A stretch of DNA of 64,000 nucleotides from an uncultured delta proteobacterium. Lineage in GTDB: Bacteria > Desulfobacterota > Desulfobacteria > Desulfobacterales > SG8-13. This document shows positions 20,911 to 31,218 of the stretch, piece by piece. Positions within the stretch are counted from its first letter, which is position 1. Each line of letters starts with the position of its first letter. Below the pieces are notes generated by a model, which searched no databases, was not told the origin of the DNA, and saw only the letters and a list, made by a program, of their open reading frames with translations. Both the position numbers and the translations under genes were made by a program. The DNA lies in assembly GCA_963848135.1 (NCBI GenBank), contig CAWKCK010000002.1, positions 1 to 64,000 on the forward strand, given 5' to 3'.

Positions 20911-23640
20911 CGACTCATTTCCATAATATTGCGCATAGTACTTGTGATAATATTTGTAATATCCCTCCTTTTCCACATTCACCCGGTTGAGCACGATCCC
21001 CAACAGGTTCGCTTTGGCATTTTCGAGCTGATTGATCGACTTGATCACCATTTTGCGGTTCATCAGACCGGATCGGCACACAAACAAAACGCCGTCCACA
21101 TGTGAACTCAAAATCATGGCATCTGTTGCCGGCAACAGGGGAGGGGTGTCGGCTATGACAATGTCGTATTTTTTTGCGAGAAGCGACATCAAGAACGCCA
21201 TCCGCCGCGAACCCAACAGCTCCGGAGGGTTCGGCGGTATTCTGCCACAGGGTAATAGAAACAAATTTTCCGCTTCAGTGGGCAAGACCGCGGAATCGAC
21301 ACTGTTGTGAATAAAGGGCAACGCTTCGTCTCCGAGGAGAACCTGATAATAGAAGTCGTGGACATCGATGGGGTTGAAGCTCAATTGATCATGTTCATAA
21401 GGGGAAGATTCCGTGAAGGTGAACCGGCCTTTTCCGACCTGCAGCGCGGTTCGGATTCCTTCCATCATGTGAATCGTCAGGGGGCCTTTGAGACCTTCCT
21501 CAGTTAAAAAACCCATATTGATTAAAATGAATCCGAGTTTTTGACCGGTGTCCCTTTGCTTGATGATGGCTTTTTGGGCTTGCTCTTTGGTAATTTTGGC
21601 ATTGCCGACCAACAAACTGGCCAGTTTTTTGTCGTCAGGGCGGGTCTTCCATTCGACATCGACCAGCGTGCCCTGAATAAACATCAAATTTACGTTTTCA
21701 TTGTCACTGTGTATGCTCAGTACACCGGTTTTCTTTTGAAGAGTTGCCAGTCTGAATAGATCGCTGACACTCAACCCACTGCCGATGTCTCCTTTGTGGA
21801 GCGGCCGATTGAACGTGTCGGTGAGCAGTCCTGTCAGGCCACTGGATTCGACCGGGTCAATCAGGTAACTCAGCTTGGGTTTTCTCAAATCCGCATCGAT
21901 CATCAATACCGACTGTCCGGTCTGGGAAATGGTAAATGCCAGATTGGTTGTGGTCAGCGTCTTGCCTTCCAACGCGCCGGCGCTGGTAACAAGCAAACTG
22001 CCAAGGTTTCTTTCGAGATACCGAAAGTTCATATTTGTATAAAGGGTCCGGTAGGATTCCCCGAAGCGTGAATTGGGCGAATAATTGGCCAGGAACAAAT
22101 CTTTAGGAAATTTCTCATCGCTCGCCTGGGTCTTTTTAGACCGCTTTTTATTTGTTTGCTTCCCGTTGGTGTCCGGTACCACTGTCAGCACGGGATGTCC
22201 GAGGTGCTTTTGCACATCATCTTCCGTTCGTAACGAACGATCCAAATATTCAAGAAACAGAATCAGCCCGATCGCACTGACAAGGCCGAAAACAAGACCC
22301 ATCAACAAATTCCTTTGTTTATTGGGGATGATCGGTGCCCGGGGCAATTCAGCCCTTTCCACAATCCGTATATTGGAGATGTCGATATCTTCGATAAGGC
22401 TCGATTCCTGTACTTTCGAGAGCAGGATATCGTAGAGTTTCTGGTTGGTTTCGACATTGCGTTGTAGAATCGTGTACTTGAGCTCGTTGCGACCTTCCTG
22501 AAGTGATTCACCTTCGAAGTCCGCGATGGTCTTTTGAAGGACTTTTTCTTTTTCGAACAGGATCGTTCGTTCAAACTTTAAATTTTCAACCTCTTTCAGC
22601 ACCTCTTCGTGCAATTTGCGCCGGGCTTTTTCCAAACGTGCCTTGGATTGAATCAACTTGGGGTGCTTGGATTTGTATGTCTTGCCGAGCTGCGAGTGCT
22701 CCATTTCAAGGCTCAACATTTGAGAATACAACTCGTCAATGACCGGATTCAAAATAACCGAACGGGCGTACAGAATATTGACCTTGTTGGTCGAGGAGGG
22801 GTTCAATTCTTTGAGCTTGGAATCGATCTCCAGCCTGCGGTTGCGGGTTTGGATGTAGGTATTGTTAAAGTCCGAGATCTTTTGACCGATCATGTCCTGC
22901 TTGCCGGAAAACGAAAACAGTTTGTTTTGCTGTTTGAAGGCGTAAAATTCTTCTTCGGCGTCTTCCAGATTTTTCTTCATCTCATACAGCTGGTCGGTCA
23001 TCCAGGTGAGGGTACTGCGCGACGATTTGAGGCGGTTTTCGATGTTGAACTCGATGTAGGCGTCAGCCAGTGCGTCGGCCACATTTTTGGCGGTCATGCG
23101 GTCGGGATCCGTGGCCGTGATTTTCAGCAAGCGCGTGTCCTTGACCGGCTCGACGAGTAATTGGCCTTTTAACCGCGAGACCAGCACGGGCATCTTGTCG
23201 AAGACGACATTGGGTTTCTCTTTTACACCCATGAGCAAATCGATGTTTTTCTTGAGGCTGGCAATGAGGGACTTGCGGGGTTGTTTTTCGATGACCTTGG
23301 CTTTCTGGACCACGTCCATTTCAAGCTTTGAAACGACCCGCTCGAGAACCGGGGTCGACGTGATGAGACTGAAATGGGTATTGAATTTTAAGGCCCCTAA
23401 ATAATAGGACTCCCAGCCGATCATATTGCCGCTGACCGGGGACCGTCGGCGTTCGTCATCGACGATGATGGTGGTGGTCGCGCGAAACACCGGTCTGAGG
23501 GTCGAGTTGTGCCAGGCGGCAATGCCGACGGCGATAAGGCAGGTGGCGATAACGAGCCATTTACGTTTGAGCAGCAGAAACAGATACTCGGTCAGATGTT
23601 TGGTTTGTTCGTTCTCAATGGTGGGTTGGACATCTGGCAT
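20893..23640 (-). CDS. wzc: Wzc/GumC-type polysaccharide co-polymerase and BY tyrosine autokinase with a DUF4388/MshEN-like insertion
   Basis: Wzz-type N-terminus, coiled coil, second TM, Walker A LEGKT, A' IDADLRKP, B ADTPP, C-terminal Tyr cluster GYYKYYHKYYAQYY. Confidence 0.93.
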   Translation of the reverse strand: MPDVQPTIENEQTKHLTEYLFLLLKRKWLVIATCLIAVGIAAWHNSTLRPVFRATTTIIVDDERRRSPVSGNMIGWESYYLGALKFNTHFSLITSTPVLERVVSKLEMDVVQKAKVIEKQPRKSLIASLKKNIDLLMGVKEKPNVVFDKMPVLVSRLKGQLLVEPVKDTRLLKITATDPDRMTAKNVADALADAYIEFNIENRLKSSRSTLTWMTDQLYEMKKNLEDAEEEFYAFKQQNKLFSFSGKQDMIGQKISDFNNTYIQTRNRRLEIDSKLKELNPSSTNKVNILYARSVILNPVIDELYSQMLSLEMEHSQLGKTYKSKHPKLIQSKARLEKARRKLHEEVLKEVENLKFERTILFEKEKVLQKTIADFEGESLQEGRNELKYTILQRNVETNQKLYDILLSKVQESSLIEDIDISNIRIVERAELPRAPIIPNKQRNLLMGLVFGLVSAIGLILFLEYLDRSLRTEDDVQKHLGHPVLTVVPDTNGKQTNKKRSKKTQASDEKFPKDLFLANYSPNSRFGESYRTLYTNMNFRYLERNLGSLLVTSAGALEGKTLTTTNLAFTISQTGQSVLMIDADLRKPKLSYLIDPVESSGLTGLLTDTFNRPLHKGDIGSGLSVSDLFRLATLQKKTGVLSIHSDNENVNLMFIQGTLVDVEWKTRPDDKKLASLLVGNAKITKEQAQKAIIKQRDTGQKLGFILINMGFLTEEGLKGPLTIHMMEGIRTALQVGKGRFTFTESSPYEHDQLSFNPIDVHDFYYQVLLGDEALPFIHNSVDSAVLPTEAENLFLLPCGRIPPNPPELLGSRRMAFLMSLLAKKYDIVIADTPPLLPATDAMILSSHVDGVLFVCRSGLMNRKMVIKSINQLENAKANLLGIVLNRVNVEKEGYYKYYHKYYAQYYGNESDSVRK

Positions 23641-23712
23641 TTCGGTGAAAGCTCCTATCGCTCAAAAACCTGATGAGATCTTTTGAGATTTAAGAAATCA
23701 TTTCAATATGCA

Positions 23713-23815
23713 CTCACCGCCCGCTGCGCTCGAGTCACGAAGGGCACAGAGTAATTATTTTTGTTTGTTTTTCGCTGAGAGGCCGAAAAACAAACTCCGA
23801 ATTGCCCTCGGGCAG
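23713..23815. repeat. REP-like structured element between the export gene and wzc
   Basis: CCGCCCGCTGCGCTC shared with family C; hairpins TTTGTTTTTCG...CGAAAAACAAA and TGCCCTCGGGCA. Confidence 0.6.
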
Positions 23816-23912
23816 ACGAATGAATAAATAGTGGTCATTAGTATTTACCTACCGCAAGTAATCTTAAGCGGAATTGATAACGATATTGATATTTATAATT
23901 TAATGACATCAT

Positions 23913-24818
23913 CTACAACCATGTTTCAGGGATGTGAATGCGATCCCCGGGTGAGATCTTGACATCCTGAATTTTACCCTCGACCACGTCCTCGAGATCG
24001 ATCTTTATCACCTTTTGTTTGTCACCATCCTGACGGACAATCCGTGCGCGGTTCGGGGCGGCAAATTTACTGAAGCCCCCGGCCATTATACACGCGCTTA
24101 AGGCTGTCATACCTTCCTGATAATCGTAGGCCCCCGGGCTTTGGACCTCGCCTTCGACATAAATTTTCGATTCCGCCAGGTTCAAGGATGTACTCAAGGG
24201 GACATAAACAACATCGCCGGTTTGCAAAACAATGTTCTGGCTCATGTCGCCCTGGTCGAGTAGTTTTTTAAGATCAATTTTCAGCGGCGGTTTGGGAGGA
24301 TCAGAATTATCACTTTTTGTTTTGGCAGGGTCGGATTTTTCAGGGGGACGTAAAATGTAGGCGATATTGCCTCTGTTTGCTGAAACGCCGCCGGCTTTGG
24401 CGATAAGCTCCAGCAAGGTTGGCTGCGATTTCATTTCGTACAACCCGGGTGAACCGATGGCCCCGGAAATGTAGTAATGAAGACTGTGGTATTCGCTGAC
24501 CGTGACGGTGACTTCGGGATCGACCAGATAATCGGCAGCCAAGGGTTCGGTGATTTGACTTTCCAACTGCGAAACGGTCAGTCCGGCGGCCTTGATTGAA
24601 CCGATGAAAGGCGCGTTGATGATTCCCTGGGAGGATACGGTGAGTTGCGCAGCGTGTTGTTCTTCTCCACCGGCCAAAATTCTCAGTGAGAGGACATCAC
24701 CCGGACCGATGCGGTATCCCGTAGTTTGGGCATGAGACCTCTCGTCGATCGATAAAGAAATGATCGAGACGGCCAAACAAAGGAAAAATATGATACGTAC
24801 CGAGTGAAACAAAAACAT
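23913..24818 (-). CDS. Polysaccharide export (OPX/Wza-family) protein with Poly_export and two SLBB domains
   Basis: YRIGPGDVL, GIINAPFIG and IYVEGEVQSPG; ends GDRIHIPETWL with no C-terminal membrane helix. Confidence 0.92.
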   Translation of the reverse strand: MFLFHSVRIIFFLCLAVSIISLSIDERSHAQTTGYRIGPGDVLSLRILAGGEEQHAAQLTVSSQGIINAPFIGSIKAAGLTVSQLESQITEPLAADYLVDPEVTVTVSEYHSLHYYISGAIGSPGLYEMKSQPTLLELIAKAGGVSANRGNIAYILRPPEKSDPAKTKSDNSDPPKPPLKIDLKKLLDQGDMSQNIVLQTGDVVYVPLSTSLNLAESKIYVEGEVQSPGAYDYQEGMTALSACIMAGGFSKFAAPNRARIVRQDGDKQKVIKIDLEDVVEGKIQDVKISPGDRIHIPETWL

Positions 24819-24875
24819 ATTTTACACCATAATGTAAGTGCCGGTCGTAAATCCGAGCAGCTCAGGAACACGTCT

Positions 24876-25018
24876 AGTTTCCGTCCAATAATGGCCCTTT
24901 TTCGCAATGTCGGCGTCAATCGGCGGAATCGCTTGTGTGGCACACGACAGTTCGCCGCCGCGCAATATTTTGATTTCCTTGAATCTTCAAAAAATTGCGC
25001 ATTTCTGAATCGGAAACT
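24876..25018 (+). mobile_element. MITE family A, 143 bp
   Basis: TIR AGTTTCCG...CGGAAACT; colinear with and the same length as 44416..44558. Confidence 0.85.
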
Positions 25019-25055
25019 GGGCGGTGCCATTAACATACCGTTGGCGGGCACAAGT

Positions 25056-26240
25056 CTATTTCCTGCCGATTTCGTAAGCGAAGTTGAGCCTCGCAATTAC
25101 AAAGGTGTTGTCATAGTTGAGACCAGGTATATTCGAATCCCTGCTTTCATAGCCGGCGGCCAAGTTGAGGGCCACCCAGCGTGCAAATCGGTAATTGAGG
25201 CTACCCGAGATCGTATACGTATTGTCTTTACGCGGCGAAAGCTGGTAGTCACTGATCTGATAGGATGCCAGCGCATCAGCCGATAATTTCGATGTAAATT
25301 CGTAGCCACCGGACAGGGCGAAGCGGGTGGCGATGAAATAGTCACTATTAAAAGCTTGATCGTTCAGATTCTGTTCCGCTCTAAAGGTGGCGAAGGCTCT
25401 GCGCCTCTCCAGTATCTCGCCATCGAGGAGGACATTGTAAGTGAAGGCACCCGTACTTCCCAGGGCACCGTCTTTATATTTTCTGTTCTGGTAGCCGCCC
25501 CCGACAACCAGATCGAAAGATCGCATCTGTCTGCGAAAAAGGAGTTTAACCTGATTTGACGTGTAATCCGAGCTGACCTCATACTTTTTGGACCAATATT
25601 GATATTGGAGGTCCAACGAATTTCGGCGGTTAAGGTTATAGACAAAATCTAAAATACCGCGATTTTCCCATGAATCTTCGATATCCGCCGGATCGAGGTA
25701 ATCGATTGTGGTGTAGCGATAGCGCAGGCCAACGTTGAATTTGGGCCCAAATTCGTAAATCACCAGAGGTGTGACCGCATTAAGGAGGTATTTTGCCCTG
25801 ATAATCGAATCGCTGAATTGGTCGGATTGTCCTGGATCCCGCGTCAATCGCAACGTATCATCGAGGCCGACCTGCAGCCGGTCAAATGCCTGGTACCGCA
25901 TTTTTAAATCGCCGGTTTGCCCAATATAATCATAATCGGATGCGTTCCTTTCGAAGGCGGGCACCGGGTCCTGGTCGCTGTACCAATAGGCATCCAAAGT
26001 ATAATTCAACAGCACACTGGTCTTGGCTGTTTCGATCCCGAGATCGATACCAGGCTGAACCAAGTAGGTAAATACCGACCTTTCGTTGAAATCCGCTTTG
26101 AAATAATTGGAATCATAACGCCAGCTGGCGGACACTTTCGGGACGATGTCAAAATCAGCCGCTGCCCAAACGGACAGCGGCAGCAGCGTTACACATAGAA
26201 AAATCAATACAGCAAGCGAACCCAATTTAGCCTTATTCAT
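25056..26240 (-). CDS. Outer-membrane beta-barrel protein of polysaccharide export loci (BBP2/EpsX-like)
   Basis: Signal peptide, YDSN motif near the N-terminus, alternating aromatic beta-strands, C-terminal RDSN...YDNT strand; adjacent to the OPX gene. Confidence 0.82.
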   Translation of the reverse strand: MNKAKLGSLAVLIFLCVTLLPLSVWAAADFDIVPKVSASWRYDSNYFKADFNERSVFTYLVQPGIDLGIETAKTSVLLNYTLDAYWYSDQDPVPAFERNASDYDYIGQTGDLKMRYQAFDRLQVGLDDTLRLTRDPGQSDQFSDSIIRAKYLLNAVTPLVIYEFGPKFNVGLRYRYTTIDYLDPADIEDSWENRGILDFVYNLNRRNSLDLQYQYWSKKYEVSSDYTSNQVKLLFRRQMRSFDLVVGGGYQNRKYKDGALGSTGAFTYNVLLDGEILERRRAFATFRAEQNLNDQAFNSDYFIATRFALSGGYEFTSKLSADALASYQISDYQLSPRKDNTYTISGSLNYRFARWVALNLAAGYESRDSNIPGLNYDNTFVIARLNFAYEIGRK

Positions 26241-26400
26241 ACCATACCTGTTATGCACCGTGTTTTAAATGTTGCGCTAAGTGCGCATGAATTTTCAGTC
26301 AATCTATAGTGTACCCTTCAGGTAAAAGGCATGTGACCTTTTTGAATCCTATTCTCTAATGGCTTAGAGCTATCATTATAACCTAAACTCAGTAGTTTTC

Positions 26401-27114
26401 TTATTGTGTAGCCCCAAATGGTGACGCCTGCGGTTCTTCCTGATTTCTTAGCCATGTCGTTTGCGTGGGTACGGCTGTCAGTGGATCGATATCAGATCCG
26501 ACAAAAGGCGTAAAACCCTCAGCGGTTTCGAAATCAAGGCTGGCCCCTGCGGCGATAGCGTTTTCCCTAGCAATTTGCGCACTGATCAGGTTTTGTTCGG
26601 CTTTAGATAGCTGCTCCTCCCATTCCTGAGGGTCGGCGAAAGGGTTTTCGAGCATGGCAAGAGCCGTCACCTGCAGTAGAATAGCCGATTTTTCATCGGC
26701 GTCGGCGCAGATCAGGTTGGCTTGTTCCTCTGCCATTTCATCTTTTTTTACTTGTTCCCTGGCCTCCAAACACTTCAACCATGTGTCCCACGCTTCAATT
26801 GTTGCAAACTGGATAAGATTGGATTCGGCTTCTTCGGTGGTGAGGTCACGCGGGACGCCGCTGATATACCCCATGGCGGGCTCAGGAAGAACGAATTCCT
26901 GCCCCTCGATGAAAACGATGTAGATGTTTAAATCCGGGCCAAGGATCAATTTGCCGGATGACCTCTTTGCCTTAGTTTCAGCTTCAATTTTGTCCGCTTG
27001 GGCTATCCAGAAGACCGTCTGGTCCCCTACCGATAGGGCAGCCGGTACACCCGCCGTGGTAACGAGAAATGCGATCGTAACAAATAGAAAAATATGTTTT
27101 GTTCTCTTTGTCAT
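26401..27114 (-). CDS. Secreted hypothetical protein paralogous to the C-terminal half of the upstream FecR-domain protein
   Basis: Signal-peptide-like N-terminus; colinear similarity to 27185..28117 (see findings). Confidence 0.8.
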   Translation of the reverse strand: MTKRTKHIFLFVTIAFLVTTAGVPAALSVGDQTVFWIAQADKIEAETKAKRSSGKLILGPDLNIYIVFIEGQEFVLPEPAMGYISGVPRDLTTEEAESNLIQFATIEAWDTWLKCLEAREQVKKDEMAEEQANLICADADEKSAILLQVTALAMLENPFADPQEWEEQLSKAEQNLISAQIARENAIAAGASLDFETAEGFTPFVGSDIDPLTAVPTQTTWLRNQEEPQASPFGATQ

Positions 27115-27184
27115 GGTGTTGCACCCAAACTGATCCACAGGTGTTTCGATTGGTTAGCTTCTGAATTTTTATATTAATCGTCTC

Positions 27185-28117
27185 TTAGGTGCTGCCATCT
27201 TTTGATTTTTCTTGATTCGATGGCACATCAAATCCCGGTTCATCTGAAGAGAACCCGCCGAATTTTGGATCCGCGCCGTTATCGATGGCCCTTTGCTGTT
27301 CCGCCTTGGCCTCTTTAATGGTTTCTTCGGCCTCAGCGATTTGTTCGGTTGCCCACTGGCGGACTTTCTCATCCGGGCTCGCAAGCACGGACTCCCCATA
27401 AGTCCTTTTTCCGATAGCCGCCACTTCTTTGGACATCGCTTTGGCCAAGTCGAGTTGTACGGCCGGCATAACCCCAGCCAGCACTTTCTCTTCAGTTTTT
27501 TCAACCTGGTTGGCAGCAGCCTTCGCGAGGAAAGCGGCCCGTTGGACCGGATTCTGGTCAGCCAACTCCAGGCGCACATCGGGAGCCACGCCCTTGATAA
27601 AATCGCCGATGAGGTATTTGGCGCCGCCCTCGGTAAAGAGAATATAGGTTTGGCCGTCCGGTCCGATACTCAGGATGCCGGCGGTGCCACGTATGCCGAT
27701 GACGGCTTTGGTCGTTTCGAAACGGGTTTCGATGTTTGACTTACCGGTTTTAAAATTCATCTTTCCAAGAAACAGAAGCACACGCCGCTCGATGTAGTTG
27801 ATCTTTTTTTCAATTCCCCTGGTTTGTTCCCGCTCCTCGATGATCAGGTTGGAATTGTTTTTTACGTCGAGTATGGCACCATCGCTGAACAAAACCTTTG
27901 CGACACCGACGCGTGTGACGACCCTGTCGCCGGAGTATAGTGGCAGGTTGACTTCAGGTTTGACCCCCCACGACCCGCGGCTGTTGATGAGTATAGTGCC
28001 GGTAAATTCAGCCAGCACCGCAACCGGATCCTCTTCTGCGTGCAGGGGGGACGACAAAACTAAGAAAGTCAAACACACAATGGCAAATACAGTGTTTTGA
28101 ATCTTTTTGGGTTTCAT
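27185..28117 (-). CDS. Secreted FecR-domain protein with a helical C-terminal domain
   Basis: Signal peptide, LYSGDRVVT, FSDGAILDV and TKAVIGIRGT motifs. Confidence 0.88.
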   Translation of the reverse strand: MKPKKIQNTVFAIVCLTFLVLSSPLHAEEDPVAVLAEFTGTILINSRGSWGVKPEVNLPLYSGDRVVTRVGVAKVLFSDGAILDVKNNSNLIIEEREQTRGIEKKINYIERRVLLFLGKMNFKTGKSNIETRFETTKAVIGIRGTAGILSIGPDGQTYILFTEGGAKYLIGDFIKGVAPDVRLELADQNPVQRAAFLAKAAANQVEKTEEKVLAGVMPAVQLDLAKAMSKEVAAIGKRTYGESVLASPDEKVRQWATEQIAEAEETIKEAKAEQQRAIDNGADPKFGGFSSDEPGFDVPSNQEKSKDGST

Positions 28118-28154
28118 TTTTTCTTCTTCCGGTATTGAAGCTAATTTAACTTTT

Positions 28155-28260
28155 ACCTAAAGTGAGCGTTTCAAATTTTAAAATCAAACGATGATAGAAT
28201 TCCTTGATAAATAAAAGCAGTTCCCCCTCCATTTAAAATTTACAAACGTTCACTTTAGGT
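28155..28260. mobile_element. MITE family B, short 106-bp copy
   Basis: TIR ACCTAAAGTGAGCGTTT / AAACGTTCACTTTAGGT; interior shared with the copies at 34237 and 50207. Confidence 0.85.
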
Positions 28261-29023
28261 TTAAGCACCCATTAACAGATGCAAGAAACATGCACAATCT
28301 TTTAAGTGGAAAGACGATAATAAAAATTATAATTATTACAGAAAGATGTTGACTGAACTGATGGCCAGTATGTACACAGTTGCCTGAAAATAGGAAAAAT
28401 TTTTCACAATTTTGAGCGTTTGTGGACGTATTGCTGGCATATTGGAAACCGTATCTGTTTCATTGAGATCCCAATCCCTGATTTCATGCAAGATTAAATT
28501 TTAATAGATCTGTTGTGCCGATTCGATCTAAGTTAAGAGCTGAATGAGAGAGAACTCGATTGGTAACAGAAACAATCATTACCAGTTAAGGTATGAGGTA
28601 TTAATAACAGCTATATTAATTCTAATAACTGATCGCAAGGAGAGAGCTGGCACCACATAGCGAGGTTTTCGCACAACTAAACATATTACCCTTTAATCTC
28701 TAACAATATAAAATCTAATATGTCAATAATAATCATAATCGTTAAACCTCCAACTTTGCCGGGGAGACCTCCGATGGTTGACAGTTCCAGGAGTTAAAAA
28801 ATACCCGAAACGATGATTATTATGTATCTCAAAAACAGATAAATATATGGTGTTGGCGGTGGACCCATGAAAATAGACAGCCTGAGCTTAGAGTTAAGCT
28901 CTGAGTCGGGCGTAGTGGGAAAGAGCCTAAGGCAGCCCTCGGCAAACGAATTATATTCAATGACCGCTTTGAGCGGTTCACAAGCCATCCCTCCGGCCTT
29001 GCCGAAAGTCATTTGATATCAGA

Positions 29024-29941
29024 TTAATTGACTCTCCACTTGAAGAACAATTCCACTTGCCATCGGCACTTGTAAAGATCGGCAATCGTTATCGCCGGAA
29101 GGCGAAAGTGATTGGTCAAAAAAGTCAACCGGTTGTCGGTAAGCGCATCGTGGTATTTGATTCGCCTGATCTGCTCCGGATAATCTTTTTTGGCGTAGTA
29201 ATTGGCCAACACAATGATTTGGTCACAGCGCAGACCGCAGCTTTTATCGATCGGCCGCGAGTAAATGCGACGGAAGGCCAGGTTCGATTTTGAACGAATG
29301 ATGAAGAAGGCCGGCACCTGATGGAGCGTATAGAGCCTTTTAAAATCCAGATAGCCGCGATCCATGATATAAATCGAACCGATTTCAGCCTCCAGCCGGT
29401 CAAGGATGTTTACCTCATGCACCTTGCCATCGGTAATGGCAATCATAGAGGGAATATTGCCGCGCAAGTCAAGCAGGGTATGTAACTTGATTGCCGCTTT
29501 TGTTTTCCGAAATTGCGCCCATGGGAATACGGAAAGACATAGATCTATGATGGTCGCATCCAAAGCATAGATGGTCTCTTGCAATTGCAGACCAAAATCT
29601 TCACCGGCATAGAGTCTGCGGGCTTCATCGATCAGAATTTTGGCAAAGTCTCTGTAAATGCGCCAGTCACGTTTTTCATTCGCATCTGCTAATGTGCTTT
29701 TTGAGACTTTGCTGCGAATGCCCATGTGATAAAGCTTGTCCTGCAGGGCTCGCAGACAGCATTGGATATCGCGAAGACTTTCGCGGTATGTCAACTGAGC
29801 GAAGGCCATGCACAAAAACTGATCGTAACATGAGAAAGAACGCGTTCGATAATTACCGTTATAGCGTTTGACACACTGCCGGAATTTGTACTTGGGCATA
29901 AAATCGATGATCTGTGAAAAGACAGTTTGTCCTTCGTACAT
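29024..29941 (-). pseudogene. IS4-family transposase (DUF4372 + DDE), truncated at the 3' end
   Basis: MYEGQTVFSQ, LDATII and MDRGYLDF; stops right after YKCRWQVELFFKW; no terminal repeats recognised. Confidence 0.88.
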
Positions 29942-30044
29942 GGGCTCGACCCTCCTTTCAGATACTCGGAGGGTACGTATCAACCCGGCTAACTCGAATT
30001 CAAGTCGATAACACCGATATTAGCCATTATTTAACGTTATTTCC

Positions 30045-30658
30045 TCAATCATATAGATGCGTGTGGACATAACCCGCTAGGATTTCAGCTGTTGCTGCCG
30101 GAGGACGAACCAATAAATAGTGATCGATGATCGCGTGGGCCATTTCGTGTGCCAGAAGTTCCTCGTGTACGTCCTTAATATTGATATAAATCGTGTTCAG
30201 TTCATACACATACCACGCACGAATATTACAGGGTTTTTTATAAAGCTTGAAATAGGCCGCATGGAGCGCTTTTTGTCTGCGTAAATATCAATATTAATCT
30301 TATCGAACGGTTTTCGCATATCGAGAATTTCTTGAACCTTCTCATACAGCGTATCGACTTTTCTGGCGATTTTTTGCAGTTCCTTTTTCGGGTCTGATTT
30401 TTTAAAAATATTGGGAAAACCCAACCTCCCTGGGGAATAGGCGATCACACGGTCAAATTTATTGAGGTCGCCAATGGTATGATAGCGGAGAAACGTGTAT
30501 TTGGATTCCAGGCTTTGCCAACTCTCCGGAGAGTCCTCCGCAGAAAAAACGTTCTTTGGCGAGCAAACGTTTAATATGCAGAAACAGAGGATTAGCCCGA
30601 ATATTTCATGAAATGTCCTGGTTGATAACCGTATGAGCAGCTTCGATCTAAGCATCAA
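30045..30658 (-). pseudogene. Secreted HExxH (zincin-like) protein, frameshifted near 30265
   Basis: 30197..30658 continues in another frame as AWYVYELNTIYINIKDVHEELLAHEMAHAIIDHY...AEILAGYVHTHLYD*. Confidence 0.75.
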
Positions 30659-31218
30659 GTTATGAAGGTGTTTTCGATGTGTCGATTCAGGTGATCGAGT
30701 TGTTCAACCAATTCCTGCGGTGCATCTTGACTCGATGCAGCATTAATAACTTTGAGGGTTTCTTTTTGAATCGTTAGTACCTTCTCCCGCAATGTCCCGC
30801 GCATTGAATCCAGGCTTGACGCCAAAGATACCAGCTGGTCTTTATTTCTGAGCTGGATTTTTTGGGTTAAATTGCCGGCACGGATCGTCTCAATCTCCTT
30901 TTGAAATCGGAACATCGGTCCGGCCAGCTTGTGCGACACCAAGAGGGTCAATACGATCGCCACAAGAGTAATGAGCCCGAGGGTAATCAAATTGCACAAG
31001 AGAATACTCGGTAAAAGTGCCGTGGCTGTATTTGTAATGGTGAGCTGTGAATTTTCAAACGAGGACGTCAAGGTTCCGCGCGATACCAGAATAAGCAGCC
31101 CTGTTGAGACAATGATACCGACCAGCAATATACTGCAAAACTTCAAGATAAAACTGAGTTGAAATTCCCTATTTATGAAATATTGTCTGCGCCGATTGAT
31201 GGACTCATTTTTCAGCAT
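30655..31218 (-). CDS. Two-TM HAMP-domain membrane protein without an output domain
   Basis: RRRQYFINREFQ, two TM segments, SHKLAGPMFRF...LRNKDQL HAMP. Confidence 0.8.
   Translation of the reverse strand: MLKNESINRRRQYFINREFQLSFILKFCSILLVGIIVSTGLLILVSRGTLTSSFENSQLTITNTATALLPSILLCNLITLGLITLVAIVLTLLVSHKLAGPMFRFQKEIETIRAGNLTQKIQLRNKDQLVSLASSLDSMRGTLREKVLTIQKETLKVINAASSQDAPQELVEQLDHLNRHIENTFIT

Noticed and set aside
24683..25286. ORFs 24683..25096 and 24804..25286 (likewise 44395..45324, 60713..61057, 20585..20872)
   Set aside because: They are open frames running through MITE or repeat DNA.
28280..28296. Sigma54-like site upstream of the export operon (similar one near 34845)
   Set aside because: It lacks the invariant -24 GG dinucleotide.
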